From NCBI GenBank assembly GCA_045561295.1, contig JBJKYD010000004.1, forward strand, positions 1-14,504: DNA of 14,504 bases, in the 5' to 3' direction. This stretch comes from Gammaproteobacteria bacterium. GTDB taxonomy: Bacteria; Pseudomonadota; Gammaproteobacteria; GCA-002705445; GCA-002716945. The notes below the pieces were generated by a model, which made no database searches, was not told the DNA's origin, and saw nothing but the letters and a program-made list of their open reading frames with translations. Numbering within the stretch: the first letter of the stretch is position 1; each line of letters begins with the position of its first letter. Made by a program: the position numbers and the translations under genes. Positions 1 to 10,129 of the stretch are shown in pieces.

Positions 1-486
1 GCTTATAAAACTATCAATAGTGCTTTTTATTAGTCCAAGCACTTGTTCAATTTGTGGTTTGTCACCTAGCTGAGCAGTTTGTGCCATTACATCCCCGCCC
101 ATTCTTTGAAAGAAAGAAGTGGCTTTGCTCCCAATAAGAGAAAAAGCTGGTTTTATGTCTGATTTGTTATCCTCTTCGATTGTCTCAACAACCAATTTAA
201 AAAGATTATTATTTAAACCTCCACACAGACCTCTGTCAGAAGAAATAATTATATATCCTTTCTTTTTAACTTCTCTGGTAGCAAAAAACTCAGAAGTGTA
301 TTCTGGATGTGCGTGAGCAAGATGCGAAATTACATTAGAAATTTTATCGGCATAGGGCCTAGCCTTTATCATCTGATCTTGTGCTTTCTTCATTTTGCTC
401 GCAGCAACCATTTCCATAGCCTTGGTGATTTTCTGAGTATTTTGTATACTCGCAATCTGTGATCTTATCTCTTGGCTGCCTGACAT
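1..486 (-). CDS. atpG: ATP synthase F1 gamma subunit, N-terminal part (continues past the left edge)
   Basis: Not in the ORF track. Manual translation from the ATG at 486 gives MSGSQEIRSQIASIQNTQKITKAMEMVAASKMKKAQDQMIKARPYA, the gamma-subunit N-terminal signature. It follows atpA, with an AGGAG SD inside the atpA 3' end. Confidence 0.98.
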   Translation of the reverse strand, partial: MSGSQEIRSQIASIQNTQKITKAMEMVAASKMKKAQDQMIKARPYADKISNVISHLAHAHPEYTSEFFATREVKKKGYIIISSDRGLCGGLNNNLFKLVVETIEEDNKSDIKPAFSLIGSKATSFFQRMGGDVMAQTAQLGDKPQIEQVLGLIKSTIDSFIS

Positions 487-488
487 TA

Positions 489-2030
489 TTAATAGACTCC
501 TTTCTCTTTAAAGTCTTCCATTAGTGATTTAAGTTTTGCTGCAACTTCGTCGTTGTAGTCACAGTTTGTATTTATTTCATTTACTAGATCAGAGTGCTTA
601 TCTGATGAAAACTCGTGTAGAGCTTTTTCAAAAGCTATGATTTTATCTAAAGGCACTTCATCTAAAAAGCCCTCGTTGGCTGCAAATAATGAAATCGCCA
701 TGTCAGCGACAGATAAAGGTGAATACTGGGATTGCTTCATAAGTTCTGTTACACGTTTGCCTCGCTCTAATTGTTTTCTAGTAGCTTCGTCTAAATCTGA
801 TGCAAACTGTGAGAAAGCAGCAAGTTCTCTATATTGTGCTAATGCCAACCTTACGCCTCCACCTAGTTTTTTAATGATCTTAGTTTGTGCAGCGCCACCG
901 ACACGAGACACTGATAATCCAGCATTAATCGCTGGTCTAATGCCCGCATTAAACAAGTCCGTTTCTAAGAAGATTTGTCCATCAGTAATTGAAATAACGT
1001 TTGTGGGCACAAATGCTGATACGTCACCAGCTTGAGTCTCAATGATGGGAAGTGCTGTTAATGAACCTGTTTGACCTTTAACTTTTCCATTGGTTGTGTC
1101 CTTGACAGCTTCCTCATTAATCCTAGCAGATCTTTCAAGTAGTCTTGAATGTAAATAAAAGACGTCACCTGGGTATGCTTCACGACCAGGAGGTCTTTTA
1201 AGAAGCAGCGATACTTGTCTATATGCCCATGCTTGTTTTGTTAGGTCATCATAAACGATTAATGCATCTTCCCCTGAATCTCGGAAATATTCTCCCATCG
1301 CGCAACCAGAATATGGGGCAATATATTGCATAGCAGCCGAGTCAGATGCTGAAGCTGCTACAATAATTGTATGTTTAAGAGCATCGTGTTCTTCAAGTTT
1401 TCTTACGACAGCAGCTATTGATGATGCTTTTTGTCCTATAGCTACATAAATACATTTAACGCCTGTATCTTTTTGATTGATGATTGCATCGATAGCGACT
1501 GCAGTTTTACCTGTTTGTCTATCGCCGATAATGAGCTCACGTTGTCCACGGCCAATTGGTACCATCGCATCAATCGATTTAAGTCCAGTCTGAACTGGCT
1601 GGTCTACTGATTTTCTCTCGATAACACCAGGCGCAATTTTTTCAATGGGTGATTTATTTGCAGATGTAATTGGGCCATTATTATCTAGAGGTTCTCCAAG
1701 TGAATTTACAACTCTACCAAGTAGTTCGTCTCCAACAGGTACCTCAAGAATATTACCAGTACACTTAACAATATCTCCCTCAGAAATTGACTTGTAGTCA
1801 CCTAAAATCACAGCGCCAACAGAATCTCTCTCTAAGTTAAGAGCGAGTCCATAAATATTATTTGGGAATTCTAACATTTCACCCTGAAGTGCATCTGTGA
1901 TCCCATAAATTCTAGCTATGCCGTCCGTTAGAGATACGACTGTACCTTCATTATGAGACTGCGTTTTAATATCAAGATTCTTAATCTTGTCTTTTATGAT
2001 ATCGCTTATTTCAGTTGGATTAATTGTCAT
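489..2030 (-). CDS. atpA: ATP synthase F1 alpha subunit
   Basis: 513 aa; Walker [30 protein letters not shown] and [14 protein letters not shown] motifs; expected operon position. Confidence 0.99.
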   Translation of the reverse strand: MTINPTEISDIIKDKIKNLDIKTQSHNEGTVVSLTDGIARIYGITDALQGEMLEFPNNIYGLALNLERDSVGAVILGDYKSISEGDIVKCTGNILEVPVGDELLGRVVNSLGEPLDNNGPITSANKSPIEKIAPGVIERKSVDQPVQTGLKSIDAMVPIGRGQRELIIGDRQTGKTAVAIDAIINQKDTGVKCIYVAIGQKASSIAAVVRKLEEHDALKHTIIVAASASDSAAMQYIAPYSGCAMGEYFRDSGEDALIVYDDLTKQAWAYRQVSLLLKRPPGREAYPGDVFYLHSRLLERSARINEEAVKDTTNGKVKGQTGSLTALPIIETQAGDVSAFVPTNVISITDGQIFLETDLFNAGIRPAINAGLSVSRVGGAAQTKIIKKLGGGVRLALAQYRELAAFSQFASDLDEATRKQLERGKRVTELMKQSQYSPLSVADMAISLFAANEGFLDEVPLDKIIAFEKALHEFSSDKHSDLVNEINTNCDYNDEVAAKLKSLMEDFKEKGVY

Positions 2031-2035
2031 TATTT

Positions 2036-2575
2036 TTACCTGTTGTTTGTGATTTGTTCTTTCATTGAATTCAATTTATATCTTACGCTGTAGTCTGTAA
2101 CTTCATTATTAATGCTAATTTTAATGCCAGCTAAAAGTTCTTTATTGATCACTTCATCTATTTTGATTTTTTTATCATGTTGTTTTTCAAGGTTTTTGAC
2201 TAACAGGTTTTTTTGATGGTCAGTAAGAGGATAGGCAGTTTCAACTTCAGCAATTGTAGTATTCTGTTCATCAAGTATCATTTCACTAAACAAACGATAA
2301 ACCTCATCTAAGAAGTAAACTTTTTTATTTTCAATCATGATACTGATAAATTTACTAAACATTGGGCTCTCTTTTGTGAGAAAACTATTTAGGAAATCTA
2401 ATGTTTTGTTTGGGTCAATTTTTGGGCTTGCTATTATAGCTTTTACATCTCCGCTAATAATAGTACGAGACAGAATAGAGAGGTTGTCTGTCCACATATC
2501 AAGCTCATTAGTTTCCACTGCAATCTTATATGCAGCTTCAGCATATGGTCTAGAATATGTAACACTATCGGTCAC
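2036..2575 (-). CDS. atpH: ATP synthase F1 delta subunit
   Basis: 179 aa; N-terminal SRPYAEA and C-terminal LLAGIKI..DYSV motifs. GTG start overlaps the atpF stop (GTGA), with a GAGGTG SD upstream. Confidence 0.96.
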   Translation of the reverse strand: MTDSVTYSRPYAEAAYKIAVETNELDMWTDNLSILSRTIISGDVKAIIASPKIDPNKTLDFLNSFLTKESPMFSKFISIMIENKKVYFLDEVYRLFSEMILDEQNTTIAEVETAYPLTDHQKNLLVKNLEKQHDKKIKIDEVINKELLAGIKISINNEVTDYSVRYKLNSMKEQITNNR

Positions 2576-3039
2576 TTATCAAGCACCTCGCTGATGATTT
2601 GATCATGCATATTTTTATCTACTTCTTTCGTGATAATTTTCTCTGCACATAAAAGAGACAATGCTGCCACATCTGCTTTGAGTGCCTCTCTAGCTGCGTT
2701 AATTTCCTGTTCAAGCTGCTGAGAGGATGTCTTCGCTATTTTTTGTGCTTCCTCTTTGGCCGTTGCTCTTGCCTCCTCCACAATATTTTTAGATTTAGAT
2801 TCTGCATTGTTAATAATGCCTGAAGCCTTAGTTTTTGCTTCATCTATACGTGTAGAAAACTCAATAGTTGCTTGTTCAATTTTCTTTTGACCTTGTTCGG
2901 CAGCAGCAAGCCCATCTGATATTTTCTTCGTGCGGCTTTCCATTGCGTCAGTAAGAGGCTCCCATAGATAAGCTTTAACAAACCAAACAAACACAATAAA
3001 TGTGATCATTTGTCCGAATAGTGTTGCTGTTACATTCAT
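2572..3039 (-). CDS. atpF: ATP synthase F0 subunit b
   Basis: 155 aa; MNVTATLFGQMITFIVFVWF..YLWEPL membrane anchor followed by a long charged helix; AAGGAG SD. Confidence 0.97.
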   Translation of the reverse strand: MNVTATLFGQMITFIVFVWFVKAYLWEPLTDAMESRTKKISDGLAAAEQGQKKIEQATIEFSTRIDEAKTKASGIINNAESKSKNIVEEARATAKEEAQKIAKTSSQQLEQEINAAREALKADVAALSLLCAEKIITKEVDKNMHDQIISEVLDK

Positions 3040-3053
3040 TAAAGTTTCTCTCC

Positions 3054-3347
3054 TTAAGCGCCCAGAGCTGCCTTAGCCGCTCCAACGAATGGATTTGCAA
3101 ATACAAAGAACATAGCAAAAGCTAATACAATAAATGGAAATGATTCCATTAATCCTGCTGTAATAAACATTTGTGTTCTTAGTGCGGGTAACATCTCAGG
3201 TTGTCGCGCTATGCCTTCAATATACTTCATACATATTAAGCCCCAGCCTAGTGCAGAGCCTAGTCCAGCTGCGGCTAACATTATTGACACACCCAAACTT
3301 GTTGATGAATAAATTTGTGTGATCATGTCTGGTGTTAGTGTTTCCAT
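3054..3347 (-). CDS. atpE: ATP synthase F0 subunit c
   Basis: 97 aa; two hydrophobic helices, Gly-repeat GLGSALGWG, polar loop ARQPE and ion-binding Glu in GLMESFP; GAGAGGA SD. Confidence 0.98.
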   Translation of the reverse strand: METLTPDMITQIYSSTSLGVSIMLAAAGLGSALGWGLICMKYIEGIARQPEMLPALRTQMFITAGLMESFPFIVLAFAMFFVFANPFVGAAKAALGA

Positions 3348-3366
3348 TATTTTTCCTCTCTTTTAG

Positions 3367-4152
<786 letters not shown>

Positions 4153-4503
4153 CTAATAAATCGTTTTATTTTTATTAAAGACATATCCAATTTGTGTGAC
4201 TGCAAATGCAACTAGCATCTGTAGCGCATCTAAACCAAATGTTACAATGCCCAAATAGAAGCCTGTTAGCACAAGAGCCATTCTAGTAATTAAGCTCTTA
4301 AATAAAACTAACGTGCCGCCACTAATGTTTTGCCCGATTGCAGCATCGCCTGCTTGGTTCACACTTCTTGCAAGGAGCAGGGTATTTATCATTGATATGA
4401 CTCCGCCAAATAAAGATGACTCTACTTTTTGGTAGCCCATATTCATAAATACGAGCGCTATAACCACTGCTATAATGCCTTGAAAGACAATTACTCTTCT
4501 CAC
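4153..4503 (-). CDS. atpI: ATP synthase protein I (AtpI/UncI family)
   Basis: 116 aa hydrophobic protein with about four predicted helices directly upstream of atpB. GTG start with a GGTGA SD about 9 nt upstream; an in-frame TGA prevents an earlier start. Confidence 0.88.
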   Translation of the reverse strand: MRRVIVFQGIIAVVIALVFMNMGYQKVESSLFGGVISMINTLLLARSVNQAGDAAIGQNISGGTLVLFKSLITRMALVLTGFYLGIVTFGLDALQMLVAFAVTQIGYVFNKNKTIY

Positions 4504-4550
4504 TGTTGATGTTCACCATGAGCAATTAAGACCAATTTTTGGTCACGCTT

Positions 4551-4579
4551 AGTATAGTTTAGTATCGGTTTGTATTCAA
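4551..4579 (-). promoter_or_regulatory. Sigma70-type promoter of the atp operon
   Basis: Minus strand TTGAAT (4579-4574), 17-bp spacer, TATACT (4556-4551), about 47 bp upstream of the atpI start. Confidence 0.75.
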
Positions 4580-4591
4580 TTTATATGCTTG

Positions 4592-4624
4592 AAAAAAAGC
4601 CGAAATGAGAGAAATATTTAGCTT
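4592..4624 (-). terminator. Possible weak intrinsic terminator after parB
   Basis: Minus strand AAGCTAAAT-9 nt-ATTTCGGCTT forms an imperfect stem (one G-U pair, one bulge) running into a T7 tract. The stem is AU-rich and weak. Confidence 0.3.
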
Positions 4625-5471
4625 ATTTACTGAGCTTGTCGATAATTCCTTGAAGCTCATCTACGCTTCCGTAACGAATATTTACCGCCCCACCTTTTTT
4701 ACCATTATGGATTGTAGTTTTTGCACCTAAAATATCTGTAAGTTTTCTTTCAAGGGCCAACGTATCTGCGTCCTTTATTTGGGCTGATTTATTGTTTTGT
4801 TTTGGTTTTGTAAGACTTTCCACCGCTCTAACGGATAGCTTCCTTTGAATAGCTTCTCGGATAATTTTAGACTGCTCATCATGCGGGAGTGTAATCACAG
4901 CTCTGGCATGGCCCATGGATATGTGATTCTGTCTGAGCTGATCTTTGACAAATTTAGATAGATCATTGAGCCTTATTATATTGGTAACATGTGCTCTTGA
5001 TTTACTAATATATTTAGCAACATCTTCATGGCTCATAGAAAATTCATTAATCAGGCGTTCGAGTGATTCAGCCTCCTCCATGCTATTTAAATCTTCCCTT
5101 TGAACGTTCTCTACAATCGACAATACTGCAGAAGTTTTTTCATCAGCTTCAATGATAACGGCATTGATTGTATCTTTTTTTAGTAGCTGAGAAGCTCTCC
5201 ATCTTCTTTCTCCAACTATAAGCTCAAAACTGTCATCCAACTTACGAACAACAATTGGTGCAATCTGACCATTTTGTCTAATTGATTCTGCAAGTTGTTG
5301 GATCTCCTCTTCATTGAAAATCTTACGAGGTTGGTGTCGATTACGTTTAATTTTATGGATTTGTATTTTTGTGGCTAGGTTACCTTCTTCATGAGACGTA
5401 GTTGTTTGTGTTTGTCTTGTACTACTTAAAAGAGAATCCAGTCCTGAGCCTAGTGCCTTGCGTTTGGTCAT
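4623..5471 (-). CDS. parB: Chromosome partitioning protein ParB/Spo0J
   Basis: 282 aa; HQPR, CTP-binding GERRWRA, ENVQREDL, HTH KSRAHVTN and GHARA motifs; downstream of parA. Confidence 0.97.
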   Translation of the reverse strand: MTKRKALGSGLDSLLSSTRQTQTTTSHEEGNLATKIQIHKIKRNRHQPRKIFNEEEIQQLAESIRQNGQIAPIVVRKLDDSFELIVGERRWRASQLLKKDTINAVIIEADEKTSAVLSIVENVQREDLNSMEEAESLERLINEFSMSHEDVAKYISKSRAHVTNIIRLNDLSKFVKDQLRQNHISMGHARAVITLPHDEQSKIIREAIQRKLSVRAVESLTKPKQNNKSAQIKDADTLALERKLTDILGAKTTIHNGKKGGAVNIRYGSVDELQGIIDKLSK

Positions 5472-5477
5472 GATTCA

Positions 5478-5506
5478 AATATAACCCTACTGATCTTTTT
5501 TGTACA
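5478..5506 (-). promoter_or_regulatory. Candidate internal promoter for parB
   Basis: Minus strand TGTACA (4/6 match to -35), 17-bp spacer, TATATT (5/6 match to -10), then 6 nt to the parB ATG. It occupies most of the 42-bp parA-parB spacer. Confidence 0.45.
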
Positions 5507-5513
5507 TAACTGT

Positions 5514-6272
5514 CTATTCGTCTTTAATAATCTCTCCGGCGAGAGAATAGTATGAAAGCGAGCCCTTAGATAAACCATCATATTGGAGTATTGATTTTCC
5601 ATGACTAGGAGCTTCAGCAACTCTAATATTTCTTGGAATCTTTGTTTTATAAAGTTCGCTTGGAAAATACTCTGCTAACTGCTCACTGACATCATTTGAT
5701 AAATTATTTCTGGAGTCGAACATTGTTCGCAAAATGCCCTCTATTTTGAGACTTTCATTTGAGGAGTTTTGAATCTGATTAACTGTATTTACAAGTTCAC
5801 TGAGACCTTGTAGTGCATAGAATTCACATTGAACGGGTATCAATACTCCAGTTGCAGACACCAAAGAATTAACAGTAAGAATATTCAACGAAGGAGGGCA
5901 ATCCATTAAGATATAGTCATAGTCACTAGAGATAGCTTTGAGTATATTTTTTAGTATGAACTCTCTATCATTTTTAGATACCAAGCTCACTTCGCTTTCT
6001 GTCAACGCTGGGGTTGCGGGCAAAAGATCGTATCCATCGTGCTCTGATAATACGATTGTTTCTTTGATGCTGGCGCGATTGAGCAAGACATCGTTCACAG
6101 ACGACTTTAATGATGCAGAATCTATACCTGACCCGCGTGTGGCATTTGACTGTGGGTCGAGGTCAATAAGCAAAACCTTTCTCTTCATTTTATGCAAGCA
6201 GGCTGATAAATTTATGCTAGTAGTTGTTTTACCTACGCCGCCTTTCTGGTTAACTATCGACAATATTTTCAA
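5514..6272 (-). CDS. parA: Chromosome partitioning ATPase ParA/Soj
   Basis: Deviant Walker A NQKGGVGKTT, plus DLDPQSN, DCPPSL and IPRNIRVAEAPSHG. Start moved from the track's 6305 to the TTG at 6272 (MKILSIVNQKGG), which has a GAGG SD 6 nt upstream and gives the usual Soj N-terminus (252 aa). Confidence 0.97.
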   Translation of the reverse strand: MKILSIVNQKGGVGKTTTSINLSACLHKMKRKVLLIDLDPQSNATRGSGIDSASLKSSVNDVLLNRASIKETIVLSEHDGYDLLPATPALTESEVSLVSKNDREFILKNILKAISSDYDYILMDCPPSLNILTVNSLVSATGVLIPVQCEFYALQGLSELVNTVNQIQNSSNESLKIEGILRTMFDSRNNLSNDVSEQLAEYFPSELYKTKIPRNIRVAEAPSHGKSILQYDGLSKGSLSYYSLAGEIIKDE

Positions 6273-6909
6273 ATCTGGCCTCTGCAACAAATCTATTGGT
6301 ATCAAAAAAAGGTGTTTGAATTTTAGAAATTTTAAGCTCGAATTCTTTTATGCACCCTTCACTTAACTCTAACACCGGACTGCCTGTAAGCATATATGCT
6401 TTTGAGACTCTCTTGCTTTTTTTGATTATTTTCATCAAATATATGAACTTAGTTTCAAAATTCATTTTTGATATTTTTTTATTACTAAAGTTCTTCATGA
6501 TAACCGTATCTGTGTTCAGACAAAAGTTAGGTTTTAAAATATCTTTTTTAAATACACTTACGTTTTTTAAATTTAGTTCTGCTTTTGCAATAGTAAGAAA
6601 ATCTATAAATGTTGACTTTCTATCTATTAAGCTAACTTCAACATCAGGATTTAAAATAGCTATAATAATTCCAGGTATACCACCTCCAGTCCCAATGTCT
6701 GAAATAGATCTTCCTGTCAACAATTTACTAAATTCATATGAATCGTAAATTTCTCTTTGGATTACATACTCTTTATCTGATGATGAGATAATATTATGTG
6801 TATCGTGCCATTTAAATAACAGTGTTAGATAATCCGATAGTTTTTCAAGGATACTTTGTTCTTCTTTTTGAAAAGTGCTATTAACTATTGCTTCTATACT
6901 AGAAGGCAT
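6250..6909 (-). CDS. rsmG: RsmG/GidB-family SAM-dependent methyltransferase (16S rRNA m7G527 family), divergent
   Basis: 219 aa between mnmG and parA; Y..LL.KW...HN, DS, DIGTGGGIPGI and LID....FL motifs. Several conserved residues are replaced (see findings). Confidence 0.88.
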   Translation of the reverse strand: MPSSIEAIVNSTFQKEEQSILEKLSDYLTLLFKWHDTHNIISSSDKEYVIQREIYDSYEFSKLLTGRSISDIGTGGGIPGIIIAILNPDVEVSLIDRKSTFIDFLTIAKAELNLKNVSVFKKDILKPNFCLNTDTVIMKNFSNKKISKMNFETKFIYLMKIIKKSKRVSKAYMLTGSPVLELSEGCIKEFELKISKIQTPFFDTNRFVAEARFENIVDS

Positions 6910-6911
6910 TT

Positions 6912-8789
6912 TTAGAGATCTTTATTTTTTTTTAGAAATATTTTTATAAGTGTTAATACCGATGAGGTTATGCCAGGTATATTGGCAGCTTGGCCGATAT
7001 TTTCTGGTCTAGCTTTTTCTAGACGTTCGGTAGCCTCATTAGAAAGGCCTTTTATGTTTTTATAGTTGATAGTATTTGGAATATGCATCTTATAGCTTGC
7101 TAACAACGAGTTAATTTCCTTTTCTTGTCTAGCAACATATCCTTCATATCTTATATCAGATGCTACAACATGGCCGATATCAGAATTTGCAGTAATACCA
7201 AATGATGGAAGTTGCATGAGATCAGAGTATTGGATTTTTGATGTTTTTAAAAGAGATGCTAATGACCTATTCTCTTTAAGCGTTAGATTAAATTTATTTT
7301 CTAGAAGGGTATGGCTCTCTGATTTTACTGCGATTTTAATGTTTTCTAGTCTTTCTTTTTCGTGCTTAATGCGGGTCATTTTTCCGCAGTATAATTTATA
7401 TCTTGATTCACTTACTACGCCCAATGTGTATCCCTGTTCAGTGAGACGTGTATCTGCATTGTCATCCCTTAATCTCAGCCTGTATTCTGCTCTGCTTGTA
7501 AACATTCTATAAGGCTCAGTAACGCCCTGTGTTATCAAATCATCTATCAAAACCCCTATATATGACTCGTGCCTTTTTGGTGTCCAGTGTGGTTTGTGCT
7601 GAACACTAAGTGCAGCATTTATGCCAGCTATAATTCCTTGTGCAGCAGCTTCTTCATATCCTGTAGTTCCATTAATTTGTCCTGCCAAAAAAAGACCGTC
7701 AATATTCTTAGTCTCGAGACTCTCTTTTAGATCACGGGGATCAAAGTAGCTATACTCTATAGCGTAACCTGGTTGTGTAATTTCACATTTTTCTAGGCCT
7801 TTTATTGTTTTCAAAAATTCTTTCTGAATTTCAAGAGGCAAGCTTGTAGATAAGCCGTTTGGGTATATTTCTAGGTTGTCAGACGTCTCTGGTTCAAGAA
7901 AAATTTGATGACTCTCTTTGTCAGAGAACCTATAAACTTTATCTTCGATAGAAGGACAGTATCTAGGCCCAACAGAATTTATTTTACCGTTAAAAAGAGG
8001 CGAGTGTTTTTTTGAGTCCAAAATAATGTCATGCGTGCTTACGTTAGTGTGTGTTATGAAGCATGGCAGCTTTAGAATTTTGTCAAATGGTTGTCCATAA
8101 TGATCATGCAAATATGAAAGCATAGGAATCGGATTGTCACTATCTTGCTGCTCTAAATTTTCAAAATCTATTGAGGACGTTTTAATGCGCGGAGGCGTTC
8201 CTGTTTTTAGCCTCTGTACATTAAAACCATTATCCCTAAAGTAGTTTTCTAGCTCTATAGATGATTTATCTCCTGCCCTGCCAGCAGAAAAAGTTTTTTC
8301 ACCCATGTGAATGATGCCATCAAGAAATGTCCCTGCGGTGATAATAATTGTCTTAGCTTCTAGAACTTCATCAGTATCTAAGATAACTCCATTAACTTTT
8401 TTTAGTTTAAAATCAATAGATTTTACAGTTGATTGAAGAACCGTGAGATTTTCATGATGCATTATTTCTTTTTGAATAGCTTTTTTATACTCATCTCTGC
8501 ATGTTTGTATTCTAGTTGCTCTCACGGCTGCGCCTTTACTTGAATTTAAAACTCTTGATTGAAGAGACGCTTGATCAGCGGCTTTGCATATTAAGCCATC
8601 AAGAGCATCCACCTCTCGAGCTAAGTGTGATTTACCGATACCACCAACAGCAGGATTACAGCTCATCTGTCCTATGCCATCAAGTTTCATTGTTATTAGA
8701 AGAGTTTTTGTACCTAATCGTGCAGAAGCATGTGCTGCTTCACAACCAGCATGTCCACCACCAACAACTATTACGTCATAATTTTGCAT
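6912..8789 (-). CDS. mnmG: tRNA uridine-5-carboxymethylaminomethyl(34) synthesis enzyme MnmG/GidA
   Basis: 625 aa; FAD-binding [55 protein letters not shown] and [14 protein letters not shown] motifs. Confidence 0.99.
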   Translation of the reverse strand: MQNYDVIVVGGGHAGCEAAHASARLGTKTLLITMKLDGIGQMSCNPAVGGIGKSHLAREVDALDGLICKAADQASLQSRVLNSSKGAAVRATRIQTCRDEYKKAIQKEIMHHENLTVLQSTVKSIDFKLKKVNGVILDTDEVLEAKTIIITAGTFLDGIIHMGEKTFSAGRAGDKSSIELENYFRDNGFNVQRLKTGTPPRIKTSSIDFENLEQQDSDNPIPMLSYLHDHYGQPFDKILKLPCFITHTNVSTHDIILDSKKHSPLFNGKINSVGPRYCPSIEDKVYRFSDKESHQIFLEPETSDNLEIYPNGLSTSLPLEIQKEFLKTIKGLEKCEITQPGYAIEYSYFDPRDLKESLETKNIDGLFLAGQINGTTGYEEAAAQGIIAGINAALSVQHKPHWTPKRHESYIGVLIDDLITQGVTEPYRMFTSRAEYRLRLRDDNADTRLTEQGYTLGVVSESRYKLYCGKMTRIKHEKERLENIKIAVKSESHTLLENKFNLTLKENRSLASLLKTSKIQYSDLMQLPSFGITANSDIGHVVASDIRYEGYVARQEKEINSLLASYKMHIPNTINYKNIKGLSNEATERLEKARPENIGQAANIPGITSSVLTLIKIFLKKNKDL

Positions 8790-10126
8790 TACTTACCTAT
8801 ACAGAAGCTTGTAAATATCTCAGTCAAAAGTTCCTCAGTTGGATTTTGCCCTAAAATCGATGAGATTGCCAGATGAGACAAACGCAGTTCCTCTGCTAGA
8901 AAATCTAATGCTTTTTCATTGGCAGCTTTGTCAGAGTCAATGAGATGTTTGTGGCCATTTTGTAAACACTCTATATGCCGACCTCTGGCTAAATAAATAT
9001 TTTCTGATGTATTATCTGATATGAATGCTGTTTTAATTATTTGTTCAACTAGATGCATGCCCTGTCCCGTTTTAACTGAAACATAAATCTCTTGTGGTTT
9101 AGTGGTCGTAATTTTAGGTTCTTTTTTTGTTATATCTATTTTATTAAAAACTAAAAAATAATCTTTAATATCATATTTTTCAATTAAGTTTTTATCTTCT
9201 TCAGTTAGGCCTTGGTCGTCATCTACTAGATACAGTACTCTGTCAGATTTGGCTATAGATAAGGCAGATCTCGCAATGCCCTCTTTTTCTACTTCATCGT
9301 TAGTCTCATGTATACCGGCGGTATCTATAATATTTACGATGCTTTCGTCTATATTTAGTTGATAGCAAATAGAGTCACGAGTAGTTCCTGTTTTGCTGGT
9401 GACAATAGATGCATCCTCCCGCAAAAGAGAGTTTATCAATGATGATTTACCAGAGTTCGGTTTGCCCACCACTGCATATGTGGGCCTGTTATTAAGCGCC
9501 AAACCTTTTTTAGATTTCTTTATTAAGCCTTCTATATCAGCTAGTATTTTAGAAAGGCTTTTCTTTATGTTGGTTATGCTTAATTCTGGTACATCATCAT
9601 CTTCAGGGAAGTTGATGACAGATTCTACCTCAGCTCTAGTGGCTAGAATCTTGTCACATATCGTTTTGATTTCATCTGCAAACTTTCCGCTAAGTGAGTT
9701 ATGTGCCGCTTTTACTGCACGACTATCTGATGCGCTTATTAGATCAGAGATTGCTTCGGCTTGGATTAAATCAACTTTATCATTATATAAAGCTCTTTCA
9801 GTAAACTCTCCTGGCTTAGCAAGTCTAACACCTATTTTATTGAGGAGACTTAATATAGAATTCATTATAACCTGATTGCCGTGACAGATTATTTCTATCA
9901 TATCTTCACCTGTATAAGAACTAGGTGTTTCATAAAAGATAGAAATGCAATTATCTAGTAAAGTTTTGTCATCTAAGATACTTACAAGTATTGCTTTTCT
10001 GTTTTGTAAATCTTTTGAAAATATCTGTTTTGTTAAATTTTTAAGATTATTCCCGCTTATTCTTATTATCCCTAGTGCAGAGCTACCTGGTGGAGTTGCA
10101 ATTGCACAAATTGCTTGCGTTTTCAT
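8789..10126 (-). CDS. mnmE: tRNA modification GTPase MnmE/TrmE
   Basis: 445 aa; AIATPPG..IIRISG, GEFTERA, G1 [10 protein letters not shown]2 GTTRD, G3 DTAG, G4 NKID and C-terminal FCIGK. Confidence 0.99.
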   Translation of the reverse strand: MKTQAICAIATPPGSSALGIIRISGNNLKNLTKQIFSKDLQNRKAILVSILDDKTLLDNCISIFYETPSSYTGEDMIEIICHGNQVIMNSILSLLNKIGVRLAKPGEFTERALYNDKVDLIQAEAISDLISASDSRAVKAAHNSLSGKFADEIKTICDKILATRAEVESVINFPEDDDVPELSITNIKKSLSKILADIEGLIKKSKKGLALNNRPTYAVVGKPNSGKSSLINSLLREDASIVTSKTGTTRDSICYQLNIDESIVNIIDTAGIHETNDEVEKEGIARSALSIAKSDRVLYLVDDDQGLTEEDKNLIEKYDIKDYFLVFNKIDITKKEPKITTTKPQEIYVSVKTGQGMHLVEQIIKTAFISDNTSENIYLARGRHIECLQNGHKHLIDSDKAANEKALDFLAEELRLSHLAISSILGQNPTEELLTEIFTSFCIGK

Positions 10127-10129
10127 TTT

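Noticed and set aside
119-316. 65-aa plus-strand ORF
   Set aside because: It is antisense to atpG and has no recognisable motif.
4322-4525. 67-aa minus ORF overlapping atpI in another frame (possible frameshifted N-terminus or uORF)
   Set aside because: atpI has its own GTG start with a GGTGA SD and a normal length. The alternative frame shows no protein-like features.
6273-6305. N-terminal extension of ParA (MIPIDLLQRPD) in the ORF track
   Set aside because: It lies inside rsmG. The TTG at 6272 has a GAGG SD and matches the usual Soj start.
6925-6933. T9 homopolymer near the mnmG 3' end (similar A7-A8 runs occur in dnaA) as phase-variation or frameshift sites
   Set aside because: They encode Lys runs in an AT-rich genome, the reading frames are intact and no stimulatory structure is evident.
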